DNA of 32,338 nucleotides from Bacillota bacterium (GCA_003501485.1 DNPJ01000012.1:5624-37961), one strand, 5' to 3'; numbered from the stretch's first letter, positions 1 through 8,768 are shown. Numbers and translations: made by a program. Notes: a model not told the origin generated them from the sequence alone.

Positions 1-266
1 TGAATTGATTTTGCTTTTGTTAATTTTGCAATCTTGTTCGCATCAACATCGCTATCAATATCCGCTTCCATAACACCAATTCGATATTTATTAGATAACA
101 CTTTAATCAAAGCCACTAAAGTGGTCGTTTTCCCTGCTCCTGGTGAAGACATAACGTTTATTAATAGCGTTTTATTTTTCTTTAAATATTCTCTTAGCAT
201 ATCTGATTCTTTATCATTGTCATCATACATGCTTCTAGAAAGTAAAATAGTTCTTACATTTTCCAT
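1..266 (-). CDS. hypB: HypB-like G3E-family metallochaperone GTPase, N-terminal part only (gene runs off the left edge)
   Basis: Not in the ORF track because there is no stop in the window. Reverse translation from ATG (comp. 264-266) gives MENVRTILLSRSMYDDNDKESDMLREYLKKNKTLLINVMSSPGAGKTTTLVALIKVLSNKYRIGVMEADIDSDVDANKIAKLTKAKSI. It has the P-loop SSPGAGKTT followed by a VMEAD..D..DA.KI pattern, as in HypB/UreG (xIEGD...DA.RI). An in-frame TAA lies just upstream of the ATG. The + ORF 34..282 is its antisense shadow. Confidence 0.65.
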   Translation of the reverse strand, partial: MENVRTILLSRSMYDDNDKESDMLREYLKKNKTLLINVMSSPGAGKTTTLVALIKVLSNKYRIGVMEADIDSDVDANKIAKLTKAKSI

Positions 267-320
267 AACAATTTTATTTTAAACTCTCTTAGTTAAAAAT
301 TAAATATTTTTATAAAATAA

Positions 321-346
321 AAAAGCCTAAGTCAATAGGCTTTTTT
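321..346 (-). terminator. Intrinsic terminator downstream of the cold-shock gene
   Basis: AAAAGCCTA (321-329) pairs perfectly with TAGGCTTTT (336-344) around a 6-nt loop. On the minus strand the stem is followed by TTTTTTATTTT. It sits 14 nt past the csp stop. Confidence 0.65.
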
Positions 347-359
347 AACGGCTTATGAC

Positions 360-560
360 TTAAGCAACTTTTTTAATGTTTGAAGCGCGTAAACCTTTTT
401 CAGATTCTTGGATGTCGAATTCAACAATTGAATTAACTTCAATGGTCTTAAATCCATCCATTACTAATGATGAATAATGGAAGAAAACATCTTTTCCATC
501 ATCAGTTTTAATGAATCCGAATCCTTTTTCTGGATTAAAGCGAATAACTTTACCTTTCAT
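360..560 (-). CDS. Cold-shock protein (CspA family, CSD fold)
   Basis: 66 aa, MKGKVIRFNPEKGFGFIKTDDGKDVFFHYSSL, with RNP1-like KGFGFI and RNP2-like VFFHY motifs. SD GGAAAGGA lies upstream of the ATG. Confidence 0.95.
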   Translation of the reverse strand: MKGKVIRFNPEKGFGFIKTDDGKDVFFHYSSLVMDGFKTIEVNSIVEFDIQESEKGLRASNIKKVA

Positions 561-571
561 AAATCCTTTCC

Positions 572-588
572 TATTATCAATGATAATA
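572..588. promoter_or_regulatory. 17-bp perfect palindrome TATTATCA-A-TGATAATA between the protease stop and the csp SD (candidate operator)
   Basis: Read directly: 8-1-8 perfect inverted repeat. The arms contain ATTATC and GATAAT hexamers (Fur-box-like words) but in everted order relative to the Bacillus 7-1-7 Fur box. No T-run follows and the loop is too small for a terminator. Confidence 0.3.
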
Positions 589-591
589 AAT

Positions 592-2097
592 TTAAATTTT
601 TTGTATAGTTAAAGTTCCTTGAAAATCAGAACTATCATTTATAAAAATCTTATACCCAACATCTTCACCACTATTAAATTTATCTTTATTATAAAAGAAT
701 TCTTTCGAAGGTTCAAACATATCATTTTTTTTAAATAGAGTTTTGTTTGATGCGCTTGACTTTTTTCTTTTAAATGTGTTCACACCGCCGGCTTCCATTA
801 AATGAAGCAATTTAAAATCGTCTTTGTTGTTTTTCAAATAAGATAATGAAGCGGAATTAGACGCTCCAACAAAATATGATTTACCGTTTTCTATTTTATC
901 GCTATAATCAACCATTGTTCCACGCGGTGTAAGTTCGACAATTCTTGCATCGATATGGTATATGCGAAATCCGCTTGTCGTATACATTCTAAAACCATTT
1001 CCTGGATATGGATCGATAGCGTCTTTGTTATTCAATATATCAGGTGAATAATATTCAATTAATAAATATTCGTCACAGACTGAGTTGTTCCAAAAATCAT
1101 TTATCAAAATTGCATCTGGGTATTTTGATGAAGTTCTCAATGTCAAAGTTACTGATGTGTCAGTTTTTACATATAAAGGATTAACCCATCCAAGCTGGAA
1201 TTTCGAATATATTGATTCATCTCCAACATTATTTGAATGCATCTCTATTGCCCCACTTGGATCCCAACCATTCTCATCATAGCAATAATAATCATCCAGA
1301 CCCAAAAGATGTCCTGTTTCATGAATAATTGTGTGAGAATCCACTAAATTTCCATAAGCGGCATAAGGATAAACGCGATTATGTTTTTGGTTTCCACTTA
1401 TAAAATTATATGAAGCCCACATAAAGGCGTTTACATTAGGAAGAGAAAAATTTGCGTTTGAATTAAGCCAAGATGTAACTGCCCAATAACCATTTTCAGA
1501 ATCAATTTCATTTGAATATATAAAAGCAACTGAATCAATATAACCATCTTTATTCTTATCGAATTCTTTTCTTAATGAATCATATTCTTGATTTTTCATA
1601 AATGAATCAATTGCAATTAAATAAGGAGATTTTTCTCCATCTTTTTCAATATAAGCATCGGCTAATGAAGATGTTGTGTAGTCTAATTTCAATGTAGGCG
1701 CAATTTCCCCAGAAATATTTAGTTTCCCATAACTACTTTTTTTATAAAACGAGGAAACTGATTCCCAACCAGTATCTTCACTATTTCCAAAAAAGGCTAA
1801 ATCTAAGTTTTTGAGCATTGTTTCATTCCATTTTGGTGAATCTTTAGTTTCGACTGGCACAATTAGAATCGAGGAACCGCCAATAGAAGAAAGACATTTC
1901 ATATTATTTGTGTCGTACACATCATTCATCGAAAATGTTGTTGATTCAACTCTTGAATATCCAGCACCATTATCACCATTTAAATCAGTGATTTCAGGAA
2001 CGGTTCTATTTTGTAAACCGTTGTTAAATAACGAGCAAGAAAAAAGAAGGCTTGAACTAAACAAAAAACAAACAATTACTTTTTTATCATTTTTCAT
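592..2097 (-). CDS. Surface lipoprotein, M6 (immune inhibitor A-like) zinc metalloprotease domain
   Basis: 501 aa. N-terminus MKNDKKVIVCFLFSSSLLFSC carries a signal peptide plus lipobox (LFS|C). Zinc site IIHETGHLLGLDDYYCYDENGWDPSGAIEMHS matches the HExxHxxGLxDxY...M signature of the M6 family domain. The start overlaps the upstream stop (ATGA). Confidence 0.8.
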   Translation of the reverse strand: MKNDKKVIVCFLFSSSLLFSCSLFNNGLQNRTVPEITDLNGDNGAGYSRVESTTFSMNDVYDTNNMKCLSSIGGSSILIVPVETKDSPKWNETMLKNLDLAFFGNSEDTGWESVSSFYKKSSYGKLNISGEIAPTLKLDYTTSSLADAYIEKDGEKSPYLIAIDSFMKNQEYDSLRKEFDKNKDGYIDSVAFIYSNEIDSENGYWAVTSWLNSNANFSLPNVNAFMWASYNFISGNQKHNRVYPYAAYGNLVDSHTIIHETGHLLGLDDYYCYDENGWDPSGAIEMHSNNVGDESIYSKFQLGWVNPLYVKTDTSVTLTLRTSSKYPDAILINDFWNNSVCDEYLLIEYYSPDILNNKDAIDPYPGNGFRMYTTSGFRIYHIDARIVELTPRGTMVDYSDKIENGKSYFVGASNSASLSYLKNNKDDFKLLHLMEAGGVNTFKRKKSSASNKTLFKKNDMFEPSKEFFYNKDKFNSGEDVGYKIFINDSSDFQGTLTIQKI

Positions 2098-2720
2098 TTT
2101 TTAAACATCATCCTTCCTTTGGCTTTTTGCATGAAAAATATCAGCACAATGGCTCCAACAATAATTGGAACAAATAACCAAATCATCCATGCGTTTCCTC
2201 CTAAAATATTATGTATTAAGAATTCGCCAAATATGCAACCAATCAAACAAACAACAATCATTCCACATGAAATAAGAGAACCTAACCAGATTTTGTTAAT
2301 TATAAAAAATATAAATGTAATTGTTGCAAGAATCGGTGTTGCCCAAATAAAAGACATCCATAAAAATGGTTTATTATCCCAATTTTGTGAATCGCCTATT
2401 ATGTAAATTAATAAAGCAATAAGTACAGTAGCCAATGAGAACAAAAATAATACCGCTAATTTCTTAAAGAGACCTTCGATTTTAGGAATAGTCATTTCTT
2501 TCTGAACATCATGATCATCATAAATAAAGTAGTCAATTTTTACGTTAAAGAGATTAGCAAGTAAATAAAGAGTATCTATATCAGGGACCGCTTCGCCCCT
2601 TTCCCATTTAGACACAGCTTTATCAGAATAATTAATTTTTTCCGCTAACTCAGCTTGTGTCCACTTATTCTTTTTTCTTAAATTTGTAATATTATTTGCT
2701 ACGTTCTTTTTTATATTCAT
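2094..2720 (-). CDS. Membrane-embedded XRE/Cro-CI family HTH regulator (N-terminal HTH plus 4 predicted TM helices)
   Basis: HTH: ITNLRKKNKWTQAELAEKINYSDKAVSKWERGEAVPDIDTLYLLANLFNVKIDYF. Four hydrophobic helices follow (LAVLFLFSLATVLIALLIYIIG etc.). The ORF track starts at 2798. I prefer the ATG at comp. 2718-2720 (MNIKKNV...) because the HTH then sits at the N-terminus and a promoter plus palindrome fall upstream. Confidence 0.8.
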   Translation of the reverse strand: MNIKKNVANNITNLRKKNKWTQAELAEKINYSDKAVSKWERGEAVPDIDTLYLLANLFNVKIDYFIYDDHDVQKEMTIPKIEGLFKKLAVLFLFSLATVLIALLIYIIGDSQNWDNKPFLWMSFIWATPILATITFIFFIINKIWLGSLISCGMIVVCLIGCIFGEFLIHNILGGNAWMIWLFVPIIVGAIVLIFFMQKAKGRMMFKK

Positions 2721-2739
2721 ATTTTGCTCTCTACTACTG

Positions 2740-2773
2740 GTAGAATTGTATTCTACTAAATAAAATCTATCAA
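2740..2773 (-). promoter_or_regulatory. Candidate sigma-A promoter of the XRE gene, with a 7-3-7 perfect palindrome over the -10
   Basis: Minus strand: TTGATA (2773-2768), 17-nt spacer, TACAAT (2750-2745). The palindrome GTAGAAT-tgt-ATTCTAC (2740-2756) is centred on the -10. It lies in the divergent degV/XRE intergenic region. Confidence 0.45.
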
Positions 2774-2830
2774 TATATTCAAACAGTTTTTTCCTCATTT
2801 ATATTATATGAAAGATAGTGAGGTATTAAT

Positions 2831-3694
2831 ATGAAAATTTTAATCAGTGCAACAAGCACGGCGGACTTGACAGACGAATTAATCAAAGAATATAACATCC
2901 CAATTATTCATTTTAGTACAGAAAAAGAAGGAAAAACTTATAGGGATGACACATTTTCAACAAGCGAATTATTTGAATTCACTAAAAACACCAAAATCAT
3001 GTGCCATACAGCCGCTCCAAACATTGGAGAATATGAAAACTTCTTTAAAAAACAACTTAATGAAAATGATTATTTAATACATTTTACAATGTCATCTAAA
3101 CTTTCTGGGTGTTATAACAACGCTATTGCAGCCGCCAACAATAATCCACATATAAAAATCATCGACTCTAAAGGTACAAGCGGAGCAACTTCTTTGCTTG
3201 TTTTATATGCAATTAAATTAAATCAAGCAGGTTATGACTTTGACACAATATGCAAGAAATGCGAAGAAAGAATTCCTTACCTTTCAACATCATTTATTAT
3301 AAAAGATTTGGATTATTTATATAAAGGAGGAAGATGTACCGCCTTAAAATTCTATGCAACAAAGCTTTTAAAATTAAGGCCTGTAATTGAAATAAATAAT
3401 GATGGTGCATTTGTTATCGGCAAAATATATCGCGGAAATTCACAAAAGTGTATTAAAAAATATGTTGAAGATAGAATAAACTCGTATAACAATTTAGATT
3501 TTTCTGCTGCATATATTAATATTTCAACATGTGATGAAGAAACAATTAATGAGGTGAAAAAATATTTAATCGAAAAAGGGTTCAAAAAAGTATATTTTTC
3601 TCCTGCATCGCCAACGAACTCATATCACGCAGGCCCATCGGTACTTGGGGTTCAGTTCTTTTATGATGGGGAGCATAATGTAACTACTAAATAA
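2831..3694 (+). CDS. degV: DegV family fatty-acid-binding protein
   Basis: 287 aa. The N-terminus (MKILISATSTADLTDELIKEYNIPIIHF) and overall length fit DegV. SD GTGAGGT lies upstream. The 3' end overlaps the convergent ABC gene by 8 nt. Confidence 0.85.
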   Translation: MKILISATSTADLTDELIKEYNIPIIHFSTEKEGKTYRDDTFSTSELFEFTKNTKIMCHTAAPNIGEYENFFKKQLNENDYLIHFTMSSKLSGCYNNAIAAANNNPHIKIIDSKGTSGATSLLVLYAIKLNQAGYDFDTICKKCEERIPYLSTSFIIKDLDYLYKGGRCTALKFYATKLLKLRPVIEINNDGAFVIGKIYRGNSQKCIKKYVEDRINSYNNLDFSAAYINISTCDEETINEVKKYLIEKGFKKVYFSPASPTNSYHAGPSVLGVQFFYDGEHNVTTK

Positions 3695-6467
3695 TCTTTT
3701 TCTTCTTTTTAATTAAGATTTTACAAACTATAAAAGCAACGATACTTGTTAATGTTATTGCAAAAAATAATAATATAGCTATAGGAAAAATATTTACGGA
3801 AAATCCGTTTGATGTTTTAAAAATACTTCCTATAGCTTTAGATAAAATAATGTCAAATAAAACCGTTTCAATGGAAGAAAGGAAAAAAGCATATAATCCA
3901 TATATTAGAGTTTCAAAAATATATATTTTCCTAATATTTATTTCGTTCAAACCGATTGCTTCAAAACATTTGATTTCACTCTTGTTTTCTACAATATTAA
4001 GGAAAATGATCATAGCAAGCAATAAAAAAGAAATGCATGAAGCAATAAAAGCAAACGCAAATAATATTACGTTTGTATATTTCATTGTTTGATCTATGCT
4101 TTTAACAATTGAATCATTTGGATTCGCAAACTTTACTGAACTAAACATTTTTTCTAGTTTATTCAAAGTTTGTTCAGTTTCTATTTGATTTTCAAATTCA
4201 AAGACCACTTGATTAGGTATCAAATTAAAAGAAGAAACTCCTAATAGATCTCTAAAAAAAGATATCGGCCAATCGCTATCCTGATATATGAAGTCTTTTT
4301 CTTCATCGACTACACCAACGACATTTATCTTTTTTATTACAAACTCATTTTCAATAAAATCATTTTTTTGAATTTGATTTTTTAAAGTGCACACATAAAT
4401 GCTTTTTCCATATACAAATCCAAGTTTTTCGTTCAATGTTTTAGATATTAGTATTTCGTTAACGTTTTGCGTTTTTCTTCCTAACGAAACTCTTTTAATT
4501 ACTGTAGAAAACTTAAATCCATTATTAAAATTAGAAAGAAAATTTCCGTTTATTACGTTATCAGGTATAACGATTTTATCTGTTTCATTTTTCGTTTCAT
4601 AATCCGATATCATTTCAAGAATTTCCTTATCAGAGGATAAATAGAAATTATTTTTAAAACCGCTCAAAAAACTTTCTTCAAACACTTGATATGAAAAATC
4701 ACATGTTAAATAGTAATTTTTGATATTTGTACATGTATCAAGAACTTTTTCTAGTGCATTCATATCAACGATATTTTTATCAGCAAAATAAACATATATT
4801 CTTTTTACATTGCATATTTCACTGTTCTTGCATAACAATGGAGAATTGAAATTATTTGCTCTTTCAAAGATAAAATCGCTTAACGTATAATCACGTATCA
4901 CTTTGTCTAAGAATATTTTTGGATCTTCATACGTATCTAGATAATATATTTTATACATTTCCCACGGATATACTTTCTTATCGTCGTCATTTGTAGGGAA
5001 ACGCATTTTTTCTTCAAAAACAAATTCGTTCCAATTTGGAGAACTATGAAAGATGCATGTGTCACTGCTTTCCTTTACCGCTTTTACGGAAAATATTTGT
5101 TCATCGTCATATTGCCAATTTGAATTCTTTACATCTAATATAAGAAATAAATTGTTTGTTTTTATGTATTCTCCAAGCGAAGAATAATTTCTTTGTATCT
5201 TAAGAGTGAAACAAATATTCGCCATATCTACATAATTTAAACCAAGAATTATTTCGTCATTCTCAAGAATATCAATAGAATATGGATATATGATTTCATC
5301 TTCACTTTTCTCATACAACTTATATTCGTTTATTGAACGTGCACTTAATGAATTAACAACATATTTATCTGTTTTATTTTTTATATAAAACTCATTTTTA
5401 TCTTTGAAAAAATCTTCAAAATTGACTTGATATGAAACACCTGTATTTTTAATTAAATCCTTGTATTTCTCAGAGATTTTATCTACTTCGTTTTTAGGAG
5501 CGCTATAAGGATTAGAAAAAGATGATGCTTCATTATTTTTATTTTTCATAACTATTAAATCGCGATCGATAATAGAAGAAATTGAACTATTAATTTTGTC
5601 TTTTAATGAAAAAGCTAACATTAAAGAAATACCAATCCCAGTTAAACTAAAAGACAGCATTGAATAAGTCAGAAATGATCTAATTTTTCTTTCCTTTATT
5701 TTTTTGATATTGTGAGAAAAAATGAACTTTAACGGAACATATGTTTGTCTTTTTTTAAAATGCCCACCAATTAATTTAAAACTTTCTTTGCATTTAGTTA
5801 CTTTATTATTTTTAATACATTTAATTTTTTTCTTTGAAAGTTTGTAAATAACGTTTGCCGATTTAAAAAACGATTTATCATGAGTAACAATGATAACAAG
5901 CATTTCGCTAGATATTTTCTTCAAAAGAGAAATAATCTGTTCACTGTTTTTTTCGTCAAGAGATCCTGTTGGTTCGTCACATAAAAGAATTGATGGCGAT
6001 TTAATTATTTCCCTAGCTATCGATATCCTTTGCATCTCTCCACCGGATAATTTATTAATTGTTTTGTTTTCGTAGTTAGATAAATTTACATATTCTAATA
6101 CTGAAGCCACTCTTCTATTTTTAATGTCTTGGCTTAAAAAGGAAGAACAATCTAAAGGTAATAAAATATTGCTTTTTACTGTCTCTAAATTTAATAAATT
6201 AAAATTTTGATAAATAAAACCAAATTTACTAATTCTAAAATTTTCTAATTCTTTATTTGAAAACTTTTTAATATTTTTATTATCAATAAGAACTTCACCT
6301 TCATAATCGAGATCTTGTCCAGAAACGATATTTAATAAAGTAGATTTTCCAGAACCACTATCACCACAAATAATAACTATTCCTTTCAATGGAAAGGATA
6401 ACGAAACATCATCAAAAATTTTTTGTTCTCCAAAAGATTTATTTAGATTATTAATTTCAATTTTCAT
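3687..6467 (-). CDS. Fused ABC ATPase + FtsX-type permease (MacB-type) with an extracytoplasmic domain of about 510 aa
   Basis: 926 aa. Walker A GDSGSGKST, signature LSGGEMQRISIAR, Walker B LLCDEPTGSLD, H-loop VTHD. TM1 at about 264-287, a long non-hydrophobic region to about 796, then 3 C-terminal TM helices (FtsX-like). The start overlaps the upstream stop by 4 nt. Confidence 0.85.
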   Translation of the reverse strand: MKIEINNLNKSFGEQKIFDDVSLSFPLKGIVIICGDSGSGKSTLLNIVSGQDLDYEGEVLIDNKNIKKFSNKELENFRISKFGFIYQNFNLLNLETVKSNILLPLDCSSFLSQDIKNRRVASVLEYVNLSNYENKTINKLSGGEMQRISIAREIIKSPSILLCDEPTGSLDEKNSEQIISLLKKISSEMLVIIVTHDKSFFKSANVIYKLSKKKIKCIKNNKVTKCKESFKLIGGHFKKRQTYVPLKFIFSHNIKKIKERKIRSFLTYSMLSFSLTGIGISLMLAFSLKDKINSSISSIIDRDLIVMKNKNNEASSFSNPYSAPKNEVDKISEKYKDLIKNTGVSYQVNFEDFFKDKNEFYIKNKTDKYVVNSLSARSINEYKLYEKSEDEIIYPYSIDILENDEIILGLNYVDMANICFTLKIQRNYSSLGEYIKTNNLFLILDVKNSNWQYDDEQIFSVKAVKESSDTCIFHSSPNWNEFVFEEKMRFPTNDDDKKVYPWEMYKIYYLDTYEDPKIFLDKVIRDYTLSDFIFERANNFNSPLLCKNSEICNVKRIYVYFADKNIVDMNALEKVLDTCTNIKNYYLTCDFSYQVFEESFLSGFKNNFYLSSDKEILEMISDYETKNETDKIVIPDNVINGNFLSNFNNGFKFSTVIKRVSLGRKTQNVNEILISKTLNEKLGFVYGKSIYVCTLKNQIQKNDFIENEFVIKKINVVGVVDEEKDFIYQDSDWPISFFRDLLGVSSFNLIPNQVVFEFENQIETEQTLNKLEKMFSSVKFANPNDSIVKSIDQTMKYTNVILFAFAFIASCISFLLLAMIIFLNIVENKSEIKCFEAIGLNEINIRKIYIFETLIYGLYAFFLSSIETVLFDIILSKAIGSIFKTSNGFSVNIFPIAILLFFAITLTSIVAFIVCKILIKKKKKII

Positions 6468-8524
6468 TCATCTTTCAATTCTTTTGCTATATCGATTTTT
6501 CTACTTGCTAATAAAGGGACATAAACAAATACATAAGAAATAAATAGACCAATAACTAAAAGAAGTATTGGTGAGCAAATCATAAAAAAGTTTTCTGATT
6601 TAAAAGGAGTAATAATTAGATTTTCTAAATTGAAATTCACATAAATAATTTTGTTTAATAAATAACTAATCGGAAAGAATAAACAAAATGACAAAATATA
6701 TGACAAAAATATAATCATAATATTTGATGTTGTATAAATCTTCCTAATAGAATTATCTCCTAATCCAAAACTTTTCAAAATCGCGTTTTCTTTTTTCTTT
6801 TCAATATAATTTGATAACGATGTTATTCCAATAACCAAATTCAAACAAACAAAGCACAATATTGAAAAAAATAAAAAGGCATTTGAAAAAGAATCAATAT
6901 ATTGAACATATACTTTTTTAATTTCATAAGAGCCGCTATTTATGTATGTATCTGTTTTATTGTTTTTTATAAAAGAGAACGCATTTTGAATGTCTTGATT
7001 CGAGGAAAAGAAAACTCTTTTCGAATAACTTCTTATAGCTTCGTCTTTACAATAAAAATTTAAATAATCAACAACATTAGTGTCTTTTTTAAGATACTCA
7101 CTTATATTAACTAATGAAGTCTTTTTTAAGTACTCTTCGAATAAATTATATGAATAATATACTTTTGGACCATTAAGAAAAGAAAACTCTTTTATGGTTT
7201 TTTTAACATTTAGTTTTAAATTAAAACCAAAATCATCTTTTACAAAAGGCATGTTTTTATTATAAGTATGATATTTTATTTCACTTTGGTTAAAAACAAT
7301 GATTTCGTCATTTTCGCTCTTCAATAGTTTCGACATTTCTTCATTTATCACAACATCATTGAGACTTTTAATTAAGTCCTTCTCTATTAAAGGATTGTTT
7401 TCATAAAAAGGGATGAATTGTATATTGTTAAACAAAGTATTATTTATTGAAAACGTACTATACGTTGGAATGAAATAATCGTAGTTATCACAAACATAAG
7501 ATAAAGGAAAAATGTCTTTTATATTTTTTATCTCATCTTCATTTGGCAACGAATCTTTTTCAAGCACTAATGAGGAATTTGGAATTTCTTTATAAATTTT
7601 AGATGATAATGTTGCATTAAATGAATCGATATTTTTAAAAATAACATTTTCTTTATTTAAATCATTTCCGTTTATAAAAGAAATTGATAAAAGAACAATC
7701 AAAAAACCAAAAGTTGAAATAATAAAAACAAGACTATTTTTTCCAAAATTATTTCTCAATAACTTTTTGATAAAAAGTGTTACGACATTTTGCTTTTTTA
7801 GTTCTCTTTTATTTTTGAAAATGTTGGTTTTGCTATCTACATTATTTACTATTTTATCTTTCACTATATTGCCATCACTGAGTTCTATTATTCTATCAGC
7901 ATATCTATTGACAAATTCTAAGTTATGAGAAACAAAAATAATGAGTTTTTGCTTAGATAATTCTTTTAATATATCCATTATTAAAATTGAATTTTGTTCA
8001 TCTAAAGCGCCTGTCGGTTCATCACAAAGAATAACTTTTGAATTAGATAGTAGAGCCCTAATTATAGATACTCTTTGTTTTTCCCCACCAGATAAAAATT
8101 TAGCTTTTTTGTTGATGCAATTTTCTAGGTTAAAGTTCTTAAATAAAAAGAATGCTTTTCTATAGCATTTCTTTTTCTTCTCACCACGAATCAGCAATGG
8201 AATTATCGCATTGTCAATAGATGACAAATCATCAAAGAGGTTATAATGTTGGAAAACCATACTTACTTCTTGATTTAAATAAAGATTTTTTTCTTTTTTA
8301 GAAAATTCATTAATATCTTTGCCAAAATACTTAACACTTCCACTTGATGGCTTAATAATTCCGTTTAAGCAATTAAGAAGCGTTGATTTACCACATCCAG
8401 ATTTTCCATAAATAGCAACAAAAGAATTTTTAGAGAATTTTAAGGACAGATTTTTGAGAACGATGTTTTCTTTATCTCCATTTTGGAAAACATGTGTTAA
8501 ATTGTTGATGGCAAAAATATCCAC
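6464..8524 (-). CDS. Fused ABC ATPase + FtsX-type permease (MacB-type) with an extracytoplasmic domain of about 260 aa
   Basis: 686 aa. Walker A GKSGCGKST, LSGGEKQRVSIIRA, ILCDEPTGALD, VSHN. TM1 at about 263-284 and a C-terminal TM block from about 548. GTG start (comp. 8522-8524), 7 nt after GGAGG. Confidence 0.85.
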   Translation of the reverse strand: MDIFAINNLTHVFQNGDKENIVLKNLSLKFSKNSFVAIYGKSGCGKSTLLNCLNGIIKPSSGSVKYFGKDINEFSKKEKNLYLNQEVSMVFQHYNLFDDLSSIDNAIIPLLIRGEKKKKCYRKAFFLFKNFNLENCINKKAKFLSGGEKQRVSIIRALLSNSKVILCDEPTGALDEQNSILIMDILKELSKQKLIIFVSHNLEFVNRYADRIIELSDGNIVKDKIVNNVDSKTNIFKNKRELKKQNVVTLFIKKLLRNNFGKNSLVFIISTFGFLIVLLSISFINGNDLNKENVIFKNIDSFNATLSSKIYKEIPNSSLVLEKDSLPNEDEIKNIKDIFPLSYVCDNYDYFIPTYSTFSINNTLFNNIQFIPFYENNPLIEKDLIKSLNDVVINEEMSKLLKSENDEIIVFNQSEIKYHTYNKNMPFVKDDFGFNLKLNVKKTIKEFSFLNGPKVYYSYNLFEEYLKKTSLVNISEYLKKDTNVVDYLNFYCKDEAIRSYSKRVFFSSNQDIQNAFSFIKNNKTDTYINSGSYEIKKVYVQYIDSFSNAFLFFSILCFVCLNLVIGITSLSNYIEKKKENAILKSFGLGDNSIRKIYTTSNIMIIFLSYILSFCLFFPISYLLNKIIYVNFNLENLIITPFKSENFFMICSPILLLVIGLFISYVFVYVPLLASRKIDIAKELKDE

Positions 8525-8576
8525 ATTATAACCTCCAATATTCTTATAGTGGCTATTTTGTGAATATTATTCAAAA

Positions 8577-8768
8577 TTATTTAATTATTTTTTTAAAACC
8601 TTTATTAAAACTATCTCTGGAAATGATAATAATGTTGTGACAACCTAAACATTCAATTTTTAAATCGGCACCAAGTTTTATAATTCTAAAAAGTTTTGAT
8701 CTATGAACGCAAGGGTGTGGTTTTTTCATTTCGACAACGTCACCAACGTTGTAATTATATTCTTTCAT
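8577..8768 (-). CDS. Small DUF951 (YyzM-like) protein
   Basis: 63 aa, MKEYNYNVGDVVEMKKPHPCVHRSKLFRIIKLGADLKIECLGCHN. This is the pattern I recognise from DUF951/YyzM. The start overlaps the fhs stop by 4 nt. Confidence 0.7.
   Translation of the reverse strand: MKEYNYNVGDVVEMKKPHPCVHRSKLFRIIKLGADLKIECLGCHNIIIISRDSFNKGFKKIIK

Noticed and set aside
34-282. Track ORF of 82 aa on the + strand
   Set aside because: It is low-complexity Ser/Leu/Ile-rich and exactly antisense to a reading frame with a clear P-loop GTPase (HypB-like) signature. I call the minus-strand gene instead.
725-732. A8/T8 homopolymer inside the lipoprotein protease gene as a phase-variation switch
   Set aside because: Runs of 7-8 A/T are frequent throughout this AT-rich window, including in housekeeping genes. 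The tract is near the 3' end of the gene, where slippage would have little effect.
8517-8525. DnaA-box-like ATATCCACA
   Set aside because: It is a single 8/9 match overlapping the ABC gene start codon, with no cluster of boxes and no AT-rich unwinding element context. It is not an origin.
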